The notes under the pieces: model-generated
The model's database searches: none
What the model saw: the letters and a program-made list of their open reading frames with translations, nothing else
What the model was told of the DNA's origin: nothing
Made by a program: the position numbers and the translations under genes
Part shown: piece by piece, positions 1 to 7,908 of the stretch
How the letters are laid out: the number at the start of each line of letters is the position of its first letter
How positions within the stretch are numbered: position 1 is the stretch's first letter
From: Candidatus Omnitrophota bacterium
Lineage (GTDB): Bacteria > Omnitrophota > Gorgyraeia > Zapsychrales > JANLHA01
Length of the DNA stretch: 32,000 nt
Assembly (NCBI GenBank): GCA_963662715.1
Contig: OY759724.1
Coordinates: 2,010,001 to 2,042,000 of the forward strand
Reading direction: 5' to 3'

Positions 1-1
1 G

Positions 2-880
2 AAATTTCTTATGGTTGACCCGAAAATGGTCGAACTTGCCCAGTATAATGATATTCCCCATATGCTTTGCCCGGCCGTAACCGACCACAAGAAAGTCTCT
101 TCGGCTCTTAATTGGGTCGTGGGGGAAATGGAAAACAGGTATCAGATGTTGTCGAAAGCCGGTGTCCGGAATATCAAGGCCTATCATGCCAAAGGGATGA
201 GTCTGCCGTATATTGTGATTATTATTGATGAGCTGGCGGACCTTATGCAGGTGTCGGCCAAGACCGTTGAAAGCGCTATTACACGTCTTGCCCAATTATC
301 AAGAGCGGTGGGGATCCATCTGATTCTGGCGACTCAGAGACCTTCGGTCGATGTCATCACCGGGGTCATTAAGGCGAACTTTCCGGCCAGGATATCCTTT
401 AAAGTGGCCTCAAAGGTCGATTCAAGAACCGTTTTGGATATGAACGGGGCCGAGACTTTGCTGGGGAAAGGGGACATGCTTTTTATGAAGCCGGGTGATG
501 CCAAGCCGACCCGGGGGCAATGCAGTTATGTTACGGACGACGAAGTTCATCAGGTGATTGATTTTATCAAGAATCAGCAAGAGCCGACTTATGACAACAC
601 GATCCTTACGTCACAAAAAGGGGGCGGGGCCGGGGATTCTGACCATAAAGATGAATTGTACGACGAGGCCGTCCGGTTGGTCATCGAGACCAATCAGGCT
701 TCGGTCTCTATATTACAGCGGCGCATGAGACTGGGGTATACGAGAGCCGCCCGTCTGATCGACATGATGGAGCAGGACGGCCTGGTAGGCCCTTACTGCG
801 GGAGTAAGCCGAGAGATATTTTAGTCGACCGTGAAGAATGGCTTATGGAACATCTGAACCAGAATGAAAGTGAAGCATAA
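2..880 (+). CDS. ftsK: DNA translocase FtsK/SpoIIIE, C-terminal part (5' end lies upstream of the window)
   Basis: The reading frame is open from base 2 (KFL precedes the tracked Met). It contains the Walker B-like IIIDELADLM, LILATQRPSVDVITG, and a C-terminal gamma winged-helix ASVSILQRRMRLGYTRAARLIDMMEQDGLVG. Confidence 0.9.
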   Translation, partial: KFLMVDPKMVELAQYNDIPHMLCPAVTDHKKVSSALNWVVGEMENRYQMLSKAGVRNIKAYHAKGMSLPYIVIIIDELADLMQVSAKTVESAITRLAQLSRAVGIHLILATQRPSVDVITGVIKANFPARISFKVASKVDSRTVLDMNGAETLLGKGDMLFMKPGDAKPTRGQCSYVTDDEVHQVIDFIKNQQEPTYDNTILTSQKGGGAGDSDHKDELYDEAVRLVIETNQASVSILQRRMRLGYTRAARLIDMMEQDGLVGPYCGSKPRDILVDREEWLMEHLNQNESEA

Positions 881-882
881 GC

Positions 883-1731
883 ATGTCTGATGCCCAACAA
901 AAACATCGTCCAAAGGGCGAAATACTCAAGGAAGCCAGGGAAGCCCAGGGGTTATCGTTGCTGTCGGTTCATGAAGCCACAAAAATCCCTTTGGATGTCC
1001 TGAAGGCTATTGAAGAGGGCTATACGGTCAGAACCCTGTCGCCGTTTTATCTTAAGGGGTTCGTTAAAATGTATGCCCAGCATTTGGGTGTCGATATCCA
1101 TCAGGTCATTGATAATTATCACCGGGAAAAATTGCCGAAAAAAATAGAAGAAGAAAAAGAACGCGTTTCGGTCAGTTTTGATATTCAAAGATTCTGGACA
1201 AAGAATATTCAACAGCAGTTTTTTAAAGGGGCTGCCGTTCTCCTGGCCCTTTTCCTGGTTTTCCGGGTCGTCGGGTGTATTAAGAATAACAGGCAGCAGC
1301 GGGCTCAGAAGGGAGATACGGAAGTTTCTGGCACAGCTCCTTCTTCCGAAGAGGATGCTTCTCAAGCCGGACAGCAAGAGGAGGGAAAGGAACAACCGAA
1401 AACTTCTGCTCCGGCCCCGACAGTTCCGCCCAAGAAGGAAAAAACTCCTCCGGAACCTGTTGCCTCGGTTAAAGAAGTTCGCTTAACGGTAAAAGCGAAA
1501 AAGAGCGGTTGGTTGCAAGTTAAGGTGGACGGGAACCTGGTGTTTCAGTCGATATTAAACAGCGGCGCGACTGAGACGTGGGAAGCCGAGCAATCCATAG
1601 AACTTTCCGGTAAGAATATTCATTCCCTGGAATATGAAGTGAATGGGAAAGTTCTGGGGGAACTCGGACGCACTGACCGTTCAGCCAGACGGGTGGTTAT
1701 TACTAAAGATGGATTTACCGTTAAGCAGTAA
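883..1731 (+). CDS. rodZ: RodZ-like cytoskeleton/shape protein (N-terminal XRE-type HTH, one TM, Pro/Glu-rich linker, C-terminal DUF4115-like beta domain)
   Basis: It has the HTH GLSLLSVHEATKIPLDVLKAIEEG and the TM helix AAVLLALFLVFRVVG. A low-complexity linker follows, then the C-terminal VRLTVKAKKSGWLQVKVDGN...EYEVNG. The gene starts 2 nt after the ftsK stop. Confidence 0.7.
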   Translation: MSDAQQKHRPKGEILKEAREAQGLSLLSVHEATKIPLDVLKAIEEGYTVRTLSPFYLKGFVKMYAQHLGVDIHQVIDNYHREKLPKKIEEEKERVSVSFDIQRFWTKNIQQQFFKGAAVLLALFLVFRVVGCIKNNRQQRAQKGDTEVSGTAPSSEEDASQAGQQEEGKEQPKTSAPAPTVPPKKEKTPPEPVASVKEVRLTVKAKKSGWLQVKVDGNLVFQSILNSGATETWEAEQSIELSGKNIHSLEYEVNGKVLGELGRTDRSARRVVITKDGFTVKQ

Positions 1732-1838
1732 TCCTCAAGTTTGCCATTCCAGTCTTTTTTTCATATTTTAGAAAGAAGGGTCGCCCGTAGCCTCGGGGAA
1801 GAAGTCGTAACCAAGAAAACGGCTACAACATACGTCCA

Positions 1839-3131
1839 ATGGATAAAGATTTTTTTACTCAACATATTCATCCCGGTGAGAAAGTGGGAATGATTAACCT
1901 GGGATGTGCCCGCAATCTGGTTGATGCTCAGGAGATTTTAGGACGGCTGCAGGAGGAAGGCCGCCTTGTCGTCAGCCCTTCAGACGCGTCGGTGATTATT
2001 CTCAACACATGCGGTTTTATTGAAGAGGCCAAAAGAGAGTCGATCGACAAGATCCTTGACCTGATTGATCTTAAACAAGAGGGTAAAATCCGAAAAATAT
2101 TTGTTGCCGGCTGTCTGTCCGAGCGGTACCCTCGGGAGTTGTCCAAAGAGTTCGCCGAAGTTGACGGGATAACAGGGATCCATCCTTTTCAGGCGCAAGG
2201 AGCTCCTTCTCAGATATATCTGACTCCTGCTCATTTCGCCTATCTTAAAATATGTGAAAGTTGTTATAATCATTGCAGCTTTTGTGCTATCCCGCTTATC
2301 AAGGGGCCGTTTCGATCGAGAACCCAGGAAGCCGTCATTGAAGAAGTCCGCCGTTTAGACCAGCGGGGCGTGAAAGAAATTAACATTATCGGCCAGGATA
2401 TCACAGCGTATGGCATGGATCTTTATGGAGAAAAGGTCCTGGCGTCTTTGCTGCGAAAACTGTGCCGGGAGACGCGGAATGTCGAGTGGATACGGCTTCT
2501 TTATACGTATCCGGCCCATATAACCGATGAGTTGATTGACGTTATCGCAACGGAGAAAAAAATATGTAAATATCTGGATATCCCGTTGCAGCATATTCAT
2601 GACAGGCTTCTCATGCTGATGGGCCGTAAAATGAAAGCAGGCCAGATCCGGGAACTTCTGGGCAGGGTACGGAAACGCGTCCCCGGGGTTCACCTGCGAT
2701 CCAGTTTTATCGTGGGGTTCCCGCAGGAAACCGGGGAGGAATTTCAGGCTTTGCAGGATTTTATCGAAGAAATCCGTTTTGACAGGGTGGGGGCTTTCCT
2801 TTTTTCCCCGGAAGACGGGACCCCGGCTGCCCGGCTGCCCGGGCAATTGCCCCTGCGGGTGAAACGCAAACGTTACGATAGCCTTATGTCCCGGCAGCAA
2901 AAGATTTCCCGGGAATTGTCTCAGGAGAAGGTCGGAGCAATTTTTAGGGTTTTGATTGACGAAAAACAAAAAGCAGGAGAAAATAGTTATATCGGCCGCA
3001 CAGAATATGACGCCCCGGAAGTGGACGGACTTGTTTATGTCGCTACCCGGCAGTCCGTACAAGCGGGAAGCTTTGTTCAAGTTAAAATAACAGATTCATT
3101 AGAGTACGATTTAGTAGGGGAAGAGGTATGA
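1839..3131 (+). CDS. rimO: Ribosomal protein S12 methylthiotransferase RimO (MiaB-family radical SAM)
   Basis: The N-terminal MTTase motif is KVGMINLGCARNLVDAQ. The radical SAM motif is CESCYNHCSFCAIP (CxxxCxxC). A C-terminal TRAM-like domain is present (GSFVQVKITDSLEYDLVGE). Confidence 0.85.
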   Translation: MDKDFFTQHIHPGEKVGMINLGCARNLVDAQEILGRLQEEGRLVVSPSDASVIILNTCGFIEEAKRESIDKILDLIDLKQEGKIRKIFVAGCLSERYPRELSKEFAEVDGITGIHPFQAQGAPSQIYLTPAHFAYLKICESCYNHCSFCAIPLIKGPFRSRTQEAVIEEVRRLDQRGVKEINIIGQDITAYGMDLYGEKVLASLLRKLCRETRNVEWIRLLYTYPAHITDELIDVIATEKKICKYLDIPLQHIHDRLLMLMGRKMKAGQIRELLGRVRKRVPGVHLRSSFIVGFPQETGEEFQALQDFIEEIRFDRVGAFLFSPEDGTPAARLPGQLPLRVKRKRYDSLMSRQQKISRELSQEKVGAIFRVLIDEKQKAGENSYIGRTEYDAPEVDGLVYVATRQSVQAGSFVQVKITDSLEYDLVGEEV

Positions 3132-3715
3132 ATGTCCCAAACGTATTGACATTGTCACGTATTTTTCTGACGTTAGGATTTATTTTCTTTATTAAACAAG
3201 GGGATGTTATGTCTGTTTGTCTGGCAGGCTGTTTTTTCGTCTTGGCCTCTGTGACAGATTACTATGACGGCTACTTTGCCAAAAAAAGGAACCAGGTGAG
3301 CAATTTCGGAAAGATCATGGACCCGATTGCGGACAAATTCCTGATCCTCTCTGCGTTTTATATTTTTATGCGCATGCATATCGTTGCGGGATGGATTTTT
3401 TATTTGATCGCGTTAAGAGAAATCCTTTTGACAGGATTCAGGTTGACCGCGATGTTACTGGGTAAAGTGCTGGCGGCTGAGCGTGCCGGTAAAATTAAGA
3501 CGGTTTTGCAGATGTCATCGATTTGCGTTATCCTGCTGTCCTTGGTGATGCAGGACCTTAACCTGTTCCCTTCATGGAATTCTTACGGGAGCCAATTCTT
3601 TACGCAGTTTTGGCAATTGAGTATCGATGTCTTGCTGGTGATGACCGTGATTGCCACCTTGTATTCCGGTGTCTTGTACCTCCTGAACAACCGGATGAGT
3701 TTCGTCAATACATAA
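3128..3715 (+). CDS. pgsA: CDP-diacylglycerol--glycerol-3-phosphate 3-phosphatidyltransferase
   Basis: The CDP-alcohol phosphatidyltransferase motif DYYDGYFAKK...FGKIMDPIADK is present and the protein is multi-TM. The start overlaps the rimO stop in an ATGA arrangement. Confidence 0.85.
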   Translation: MNVPNVLTLSRIFLTLGFIFFIKQGDVMSVCLAGCFFVLASVTDYYDGYFAKKRNQVSNFGKIMDPIADKFLILSAFYIFMRMHIVAGWIFYLIALREILLTGFRLTAMLLGKVLAAERAGKIKTVLQMSSICVILLSLVMQDLNLFPSWNSYGSQFFTQFWQLSIDVLLVMTVIATLYSGVLYLLNNRMSFVNT

Positions 3716-3739
3716 CTCTTGTTCCCCATTTCAATAACA

Positions 3740-4198
3740 ATGATGTCTGACCGATTGAGCAAACTTTTTGCAACCTTTTTTTACTGCGGATATGTCCCCG
3801 GTGCTCCCGGGACATTCACCAGCGCCGTCGGGGTGCTGATTTATTTGAGCCTCTTGGGGCATCCGTTTCTGTACGTCGTTGTTCTGGCCATCATAACCCT
3901 CGTGGGGTTCCCGGCCGGCGGCCGAACTGAAAAGCTAATCGGAAGAAAAGATCCCGGCTGTGTGGTTATTGACGAAGTTTCCGGGGTGTTGCTGGCCCTT
4001 TTTTTGTTGCCGCCGGTTCCGAAAGTCCTCTGGACGGCCTTCTTCCTCTTCCGGGCCTTTGATATGTTCAAGGTCTATCCGGCCTGTAAGTTTGAAGAAT
4101 TCAAGGGCGGCACGGGAATCATGATGGACGATATCGTTGCCGGAATTTATACCAATGTCATTATGCATTTGGCCATCCGAATCGCTGGAATTGTATAA
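3740..4198 (+). CDS. pgpA: Phosphatidylglycerophosphatase A
   Basis: Motifs seen: GYVPGAPGTFTSAVG, VVIDEVSG, FRAFDMFKVYP and GIMMDDIVAG. The ORF track starts at a TTG (3719); I prefer the first ATG at 3740 (MMSDRLSK...). Confidence 0.8.
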   Translation: MMSDRLSKLFATFFYCGYVPGAPGTFTSAVGVLIYLSLLGHPFLYVVVLAIITLVGFPAGGRTEKLIGRKDPGCVVIDEVSGVLLALFLLPPVPKVLWTAFFLFRAFDMFKVYPACKFEEFKGGTGIMMDDIVAGIYTNVIMHLAIRIAGIV

Positions 4199-4364
4199 AC
4201 CCTTCCTGTTGAATTTTAGATAATATCTATAAGCTCTTTAAGCCGTCTGTCCCGTCCCGGCGGGGTAAAACTGTAAGTGGCGCTGCCGATACTTGGCAAA
4301 GTGCGGATCCCCGGGCATCGATGGATGCGGTCAAGTTTCTGGGATGGGAGGCGGAGGGTTTAAT

Positions 4365-4949
4365 TCAAAGGGTTAGCGGAGCGTTTGAAAGGGCTTCATA
4401 GATAGGCCCCTGAGGCGTGAGTGTGCTTTTGAATAAAGTGATCATTTTAACCGGCTGTTTAAGCCCCGGGGGTATCTGAACGCGGCTGATTGTCTCAGCG
4501 GGGAATATGTGGTTTGTTGATCGCACCCGGCCGATCGTGATATGTGCCGTAAAGGGGCGTTTTTCTTTCTTGAATCCCAAGGGCTTCAGGCCTTGTTCCA
4601 CCTCTGCGGCTAGCTCGGATAAAAGCAGGCTGTTGTCCTTTGATACCCCGACCCAGATGACGCGCGGATGTTTCGTGCGGGGGAAAGCCCCTACAGTATC
4701 AAGGGTGAAGTCGAAAGGCCGGATTTTCTCAACATAGGAGGGAAGTTGTTCTTTGATAGACTGAAGAATGGGGAGGGAAACTTCGCCAAGGAATTTGAGG
4801 GTCAGATGAATATTTCCCGGTTTAACCCATCTGATGTCGGGGATATGGCGCTGCATGTCTTCCTGGACATCATGAAGGTGTGTTTGAATGCTCTTATCCA
4901 GTTCTATCGCAATAAATGACCGAAGGGTTTCATTCATAATTCCCGTCAT
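4365..4949 (-). CDS. thpR: RNA 2',3'-cyclic phosphodiesterase (2H / LigT family)
   Basis: Two HxTx motifs (HLTLKFLG and HITIGR) are spaced as expected for 2H phosphoesterases. Confidence 0.8.
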   Translation of the reverse strand: MTGIMNETLRSFIAIELDKSIQTHLHDVQEDMQRHIPDIRWVKPGNIHLTLKFLGEVSLPILQSIKEQLPSYVEKIRPFDFTLDTVGAFPRTKHPRVIWVGVSKDNSLLLSELAAEVEQGLKPLGFKKEKRPFTAHITIGRVRSTNHIFPAETISRVQIPPGLKQPVKMITLFKSTLTPQGPIYEALSNAPLTL

Positions 4950-4985
4950 CGCCTTTTGATTCGCTGTTCTTGAGATATAGGCTTT

Positions 4986-5537
4986 TTATCCCAGAAATTC
5001 CATGAGCAGATTGAGGGCGGTGGCTGTCGCTGCTTTTTTGATTTCAAGCCGTTGTCCCGAAAACTGACATTTCAGGCATAAGGTTTCGAGCGGGGTGGAC
5101 ACCGCGATATAAGTTAACCCTACGGGTTTGGTCTTGGTTCCTCCGCCGGGGCCGGCAATGCCGGTAATCCCGATCCCATAATGGGCCTGAAATAATTTGC
5201 GGACGTTTTGGGCCAGCAATTCCGCGACAACCTCTGAAACAGCGCCATGGGCCGAGAGGGTCTTCCCCGGGATCTTCAGGAGTTTTGTTTTGGAAATATT
5301 GCTGTAGCAGACCAGATCCGCCAGCAGAAACCGGGAGCTTCCCGGGATGTTGGTTAACCGATGTCCCAGAAGCCCTCCGGTGCATGATTCGGCTACAGCC
5401 AGGGTTTCTTTTTCAGATAATAGCCGTGAAGCGACTTTTTCTTCTATGAGCATGAGGTTATTATAGGGATGTTTATTGATTTTGACAAGATTGTTTTTGG
5501 AAGCTTTAAAGTGGTTTGGATGTTTTTTTGTCCCCAT
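4986..5537 (-). CDS. cinA: CinA-family nicotinamide-mononucleotide amidohydrolase domain protein (PncC-like)
   Basis: It contains LAVAESCTGGLLGHRLTNIPGSS and GIGITGIAGPGGG. The start is uncertain. The first 28 aa are low-complexity and basic, and an internal Met at 5453 (MLIEEKVASRLL) sits 6 nt downstream of a TATAAT on the same strand, so the transcript may be leaderless. Confidence 0.8.
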   Translation of the reverse strand: MGTKKHPNHFKASKNNLVKINKHPYNNLMLIEEKVASRLLSEKETLAVAESCTGGLLGHRLTNIPGSSRFLLADLVCYSNISKTKLLKIPGKTLSAHGAVSEVVAELLAQNVRKLFQAHYGIGITGIAGPGGGTKTKPVGLTYIAVSTPLETLCLKCQFSGQRLEIKKAATATALNLLMEFLG

Positions 5538-5547
5538 GATATTTATA

Positions 5548-5576
5548 AATTATTAATTATTAATGAATTAATAATT
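5548..5576. promoter_or_regulatory. Inverted repeat AATTATTAAT-N9-ATTAATAATT in the divergent cinA/riboswitch intergenic region (candidate operator)
   Basis: The 10-bp arms are perfect when read directly (5548-5557 and 5567-5576). The half-site ATTATTAAT/ATTAATAAT is identical to that of the palindrome at 27138-27155. Confidence 0.4.
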
Positions 5577-5628
5577 TTTTCCCTTTGGGGGCAGCCTTTT
5601 ATGGCTTGTAGGGTGTGGCACATTTTGT

Positions 5629-5657
5629 TTGCAAATGTCAACAATTTGTATTATATT
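5629..5657 (+). promoter_or_regulatory. Sigma70-type promoter TTGCAA-N17-TATATT
   Basis: The -35 TTGCAA lies at 5629-5634, followed by exactly a 17-nt spacer and the -10 TATATT at 5652-5657. It sits just upstream of the structured leader. Confidence 0.6.
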
Positions 5658-5664
5658 TAACTAA

Positions 5665-5790
5665 GAAAGGGTTGATCGCGTAAGCGGTCCACTAATGCAC
5701 ATTTAGCGAAAAAAGCAAACCCGTTGTAAGACGGGGACGCAAAGCCAAGGTTCCTGATAAAGGAAAGCCCGGCTGCCGAAATAAATGATG
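5665..5790 (+). promoter_or_regulatory. c-di-GMP-I (GEMM-I)-like riboswitch leader; aptamer core about 5712-5780
   Basis: GCAAACC (5715-5721) is followed by a 6-bp hairpin capped by a GUAA tetraloop (5720-5735), GGGACGCAAAGCC (5734-5746) and a second hairpin GGUUCCU-GAUAA-AGGAAAGCC (5749-5769). From memory, this mirrors the conserved core of Vibrio cholerae Vc2 (GGCAAACC-stem-GAAA-stem-GGGACGCAAAGCC). It is flanked by a promoter and a terminator. Confidence 0.75.
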
Positions 5791-5791
5791 A

Positions 5792-5830
5792 AAAACCTAT
5801 TCTCTGACCGGGAATAGGTTTTTCATTTTT
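5792..5830 (+). terminator. Intrinsic terminator, the likely riboswitch expression platform
   Basis: A perfect 11-bp stem pairs AAAACCTATTC (5792-5802) with GAATAGGTTTT (5812-5822) around a 9-nt loop, and a T-rich tail (TTCATTTTT) follows. Confidence 0.75.
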
Positions 5831-5893
5831 CTTCAGCATTCTGCCGTCCAATATTTACCATTTCAAAAATAAATCATTTTGCCAGGAGTACGG

Positions 5894-6031
5894 ATGAAAA
5901 GAGTTGGCGCTTTCGATTATTTCAGATATGGTCGAAGGAAGCAAGGACGTCTTATCGGGAAACACTTCTTTAGCGGTGTTTTGAGAACCGGATGTCAGGA
6001 ACAAAGGAGAAAGCATTGGCTTTTTAAGTGA
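5894..6031 (+). CDS. Small, highly basic hypothetical protein (45 aa; below the ORF-track cutoff)
   Basis: The ATG is preceded by AGGAG at a 5-nt spacing. The translation is MKRVGAFDYFRYGRRKQGRLIGKHFFSGVLRTGCQEQRRKHWLFK (13 K/R against 2 D/E). It lies between the riboswitch terminator and the ABC transporter. Confidence 0.35.
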   Translation: MKRVGAFDYFRYGRRKQGRLIGKHFFSGVLRTGCQEQRRKHWLFK

Positions 6032-6045
6032 TTATTTACTATAAT
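6016..6045 (+). promoter_or_regulatory. Possible secondary promoter TTGGCT-N18-TATAAT in front of the ABC transporter
   Basis: A perfect TATAAT lies at 6040-6045 with a -35-like TTGGCT at 6016-6021. It overlaps the 3' end of the small ORF. Confidence 0.35.
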
Positions 6046-6073
6046 TTTTCAAAATAAGGTTTATAAATCAATT

Positions 6074-6991
6074 ATGAAAGCTTTGCATATCAAAAATCTA
6101 AGTAAGACTTACGCCAATGGCACGCAGGCTCTTGATCATGTCAGCCTGACGGTCGAAGCGGGTGACTTTTTTGCCCTTTTGGGGGCCAACGGGGCCGGTA
6201 AGACCACGTTGATAGGCATTCTAACCGGTTTGGTTATAAAAAGCAGCGGAGAGGTCAGAATATTTGAGCAGAGCATTGAGTCAGAATTCAGCCGGATCAA
6301 GAAGATGGTCGGAGTCGTGCCGCAGGAGATGAATTTTAATATATTTGAAAAAGTGCAGGATATTTTAATGACCCAGGCCGGATATTATGGTATTCCCCGA
6401 AAGCAGGCGGTTCATCGTGCAGAGGAACTGCTTCACAGACTCGGTTTGTGGGAGCAGCGGTATAAGGTTTCCAGGCAGCTGTCCGGCGGCATGAAGAGGA
6501 GACTGATGATTGCCCGGGCGTTGATGCATCAGCCGAAGCTTTTGATCCTTGATGAACCGACGGCGGGCGTGGATGTCGAATTAAGGCACGGGATGTGGGA
6601 TTATCTGAAGCAGTTAAATCAGCAGGGCATTACGATTTTGTTGACGACGCATTATCTGGAAGAAGTGGAACAAATGTGCCGGCATGCGGCGATGATCAAA
6701 GAAGGCCGCCTTGTCAAGTGTGATAAGGTGGATAATCTTCTGAAGATTATTGATAAGGAACCGTTTATCCTGACTGTTGACGAAGTCAGGAACACGAACC
6801 GTTTAAAAGGATATGCTGTGAGCGTCGTTGACCGGCATACGATGAAAGTTGAGTTGGATAAGCGGCATTTGCATGCCTTTATCCGGGACCTGGAAAAAAA
6901 CGGAATGTCCCTGCAGGATATCCGGCCCCAAGGACATAGACTAGAAAGACTGTTTTTGCAACTGCTTCGCGAGGATGAAATGGCCGGGTGA
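6074..6991 (+). CDS. yadG: ABC-2-type transporter ATP-binding protein (YadG-like)
   Basis: Walker A is GANGAGKTT, the signature is LSGGMKRRLMIARA and Walker B is LLILDEPTAGVD. It is paired with a YadH-like permease. Confidence 0.8.
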   Translation: MKALHIKNLSKTYANGTQALDHVSLTVEAGDFFALLGANGAGKTTLIGILTGLVIKSSGEVRIFEQSIESEFSRIKKMVGVVPQEMNFNIFEKVQDILMTQAGYYGIPRKQAVHRAEELLHRLGLWEQRYKVSRQLSGGMKRRLMIARALMHQPKLLILDEPTAGVDVELRHGMWDYLKQLNQQGITILLTTHYLEEVEQMCRHAAMIKEGRLVKCDKVDNLLKIIDKEPFILTVDEVRNTNRLKGYAVSVVDRHTMKVELDKRHLHAFIRDLEKNGMSLQDIRPQGHRLERLFLQLLREDEMAG

Positions 6992-7037
6992 AGCCCGGCC
7001 ATGAATATCCTCCCCCGTCAGTCAGGGAAGGTTTTGT

Positions 7038-7808
7038 ATGATCCGCGATCAAATTATAGCTTATCAAACACTCGTCCGCAGAGAAGTGTTGCGTTTCTTG
7101 AGGATCTGGGTGCAGACACTGTTGCCGCCGGTAATTACCCAGACCTTATATTTTGTCATCTTCGGTTCGTTTATCGGGTCCAGAATCGGAGACGTTCACG
7201 GGGTGAGCTACATGGCGTTTATTGTGCCGGGCCTCGTCATGATGGCCGTTATTAACAGCTCTTACTCGAACGTTGTGAGTTCTTTTTTCAGCGCAAAATT
7301 CCAGCGCTGTATTGAGGAACTGCTTGTTTCTCCGACGGCTGACATCGTGATCTTGCTGGGATACATTACCGGAGGGATTTTAAGAGGCCTGATCGTCGGC
7401 CTGCTGGTGTTTATTGTCTCTGTGTTTTTTGCGCGCCCCGTGATTTGTCATTTTGTGCTTATTGTTTTCTTTATTTTTTTAACAGCCGTGGTTTTTGCTC
7501 TGGCCGGGCTGCTCAACGCCATATTTGCAAAAAAGTTTGATGATATTTCCATCTTCCCGACGTTTATTCTTGTCCCTTTGACTTATTTGGGAGGGGTTTT
7601 TTATTCGATCCGCAGCTTGCCGCGGTTTTGGCAAAATCTGTCTCAGTTAAATCCGATCCTTTATATGGTCAACGGTTTCCGTTACGGATTCTACGGCTTT
7701 TCTGACGTGAGTGTTTCTTTCAGCGTACTTATTCTGGTTTTTTTGGTCCTGTTGCTCACAGGTCTTAATCTGTTCTTTCTCCGGAAGGGGACCGGGTTAA
7801 AGACTTAA
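7038..7808 (+). CDS. yadH: ABC-2-type transporter permease (YadH-like)
   Basis: From memory, it is close to collinear with E. coli YadH (LRFLRIWVQTLLPPVITQTLYFVIFGSFIGSRIGD..., FQRCIEELLVSP, LTYLGGVFYS, LNPILYMVNGFRYGF). GGGAAGG lies upstream of the ATG. Confidence 0.8.
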   Translation: MIRDQIIAYQTLVRREVLRFLRIWVQTLLPPVITQTLYFVIFGSFIGSRIGDVHGVSYMAFIVPGLVMMAVINSSYSNVVSSFFSAKFQRCIEELLVSPTADIVILLGYITGGILRGLIVGLLVFIVSVFFARPVICHFVLIVFFIFLTAVVFALAGLLNAIFAKKFDDISIFPTFILVPLTYLGGVFYSIRSLPRFWQNLSQLNPILYMVNGFRYGFYGFSDVSVSFSVLILVFLVLLLTGLNLFFLRKGTGLKT

Positions 7809-7908
7809 GAGCAGGGGAGAAACGGATTCAGGCCCTGTTGGTTGAGAAGAGGGGGGACAAGAGGGCTTTCAAAATTCTTATCGGTTGACTTTTCCGGGGA
7901 ATTCCTCT

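Noticed and set aside
2355-3080. Long antisense ORFs inside well-supported genes (2355-3080 in rimO, plus 952-1395 in rodZ, 9592-10245 in metH and 17708-18259 in the 605-aa membrane gene)
   Set aside because: Each is fully embedded opposite a CDS with strong family motifs. Their translations are low-complexity and Arg/Pro/Ser-rich and contain no recognisable domains, so they are shadow ORFs.
5665-5790. Possible ykkC/guanidine-I riboswitch, based on AGGGUU...GGUCC and AAAGCCCGG strings
   Set aside because: The order and pairing of those strings do not fit the ykkC architecture. The contiguous GCAAACC-GNRA hairpin-GGGACGCAAAGCC block fits GEMM-I much better. 6S and SRP RNA were also considered and rejected, because there is no end-to-end pairing and no GGAAGCAGCC-type SRP motif.
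5657-5851. A tracked 64-aa ORF on the - strand
   Set aside because: It lies exactly over the + strand promoter, GEMM-I-like leader and terminator unit. It has no ribosome-binding site and a composition typical of a chance ORF, so the RNA element explains the region better.
7001-7255. A tracked 84-aa ORF overlapping the start of the yadH-like permease gene
   Set aside because: It is out of frame with a permease gene that aligns convincingly to YadH from its first residues. Its translation is Arg-rich and featureless.
7809-7908. Possible SAM, SAH or cobalamin riboswitches upstream of metH (7809-7908) and metF (23397-23460)
   Set aside because: Both leaders are too short. Neither contains the conserved cores I know for SAM-I, SAM-II, SAH or B12 elements. 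The metF extended -10 leaves only about a 25-30 nt leader.
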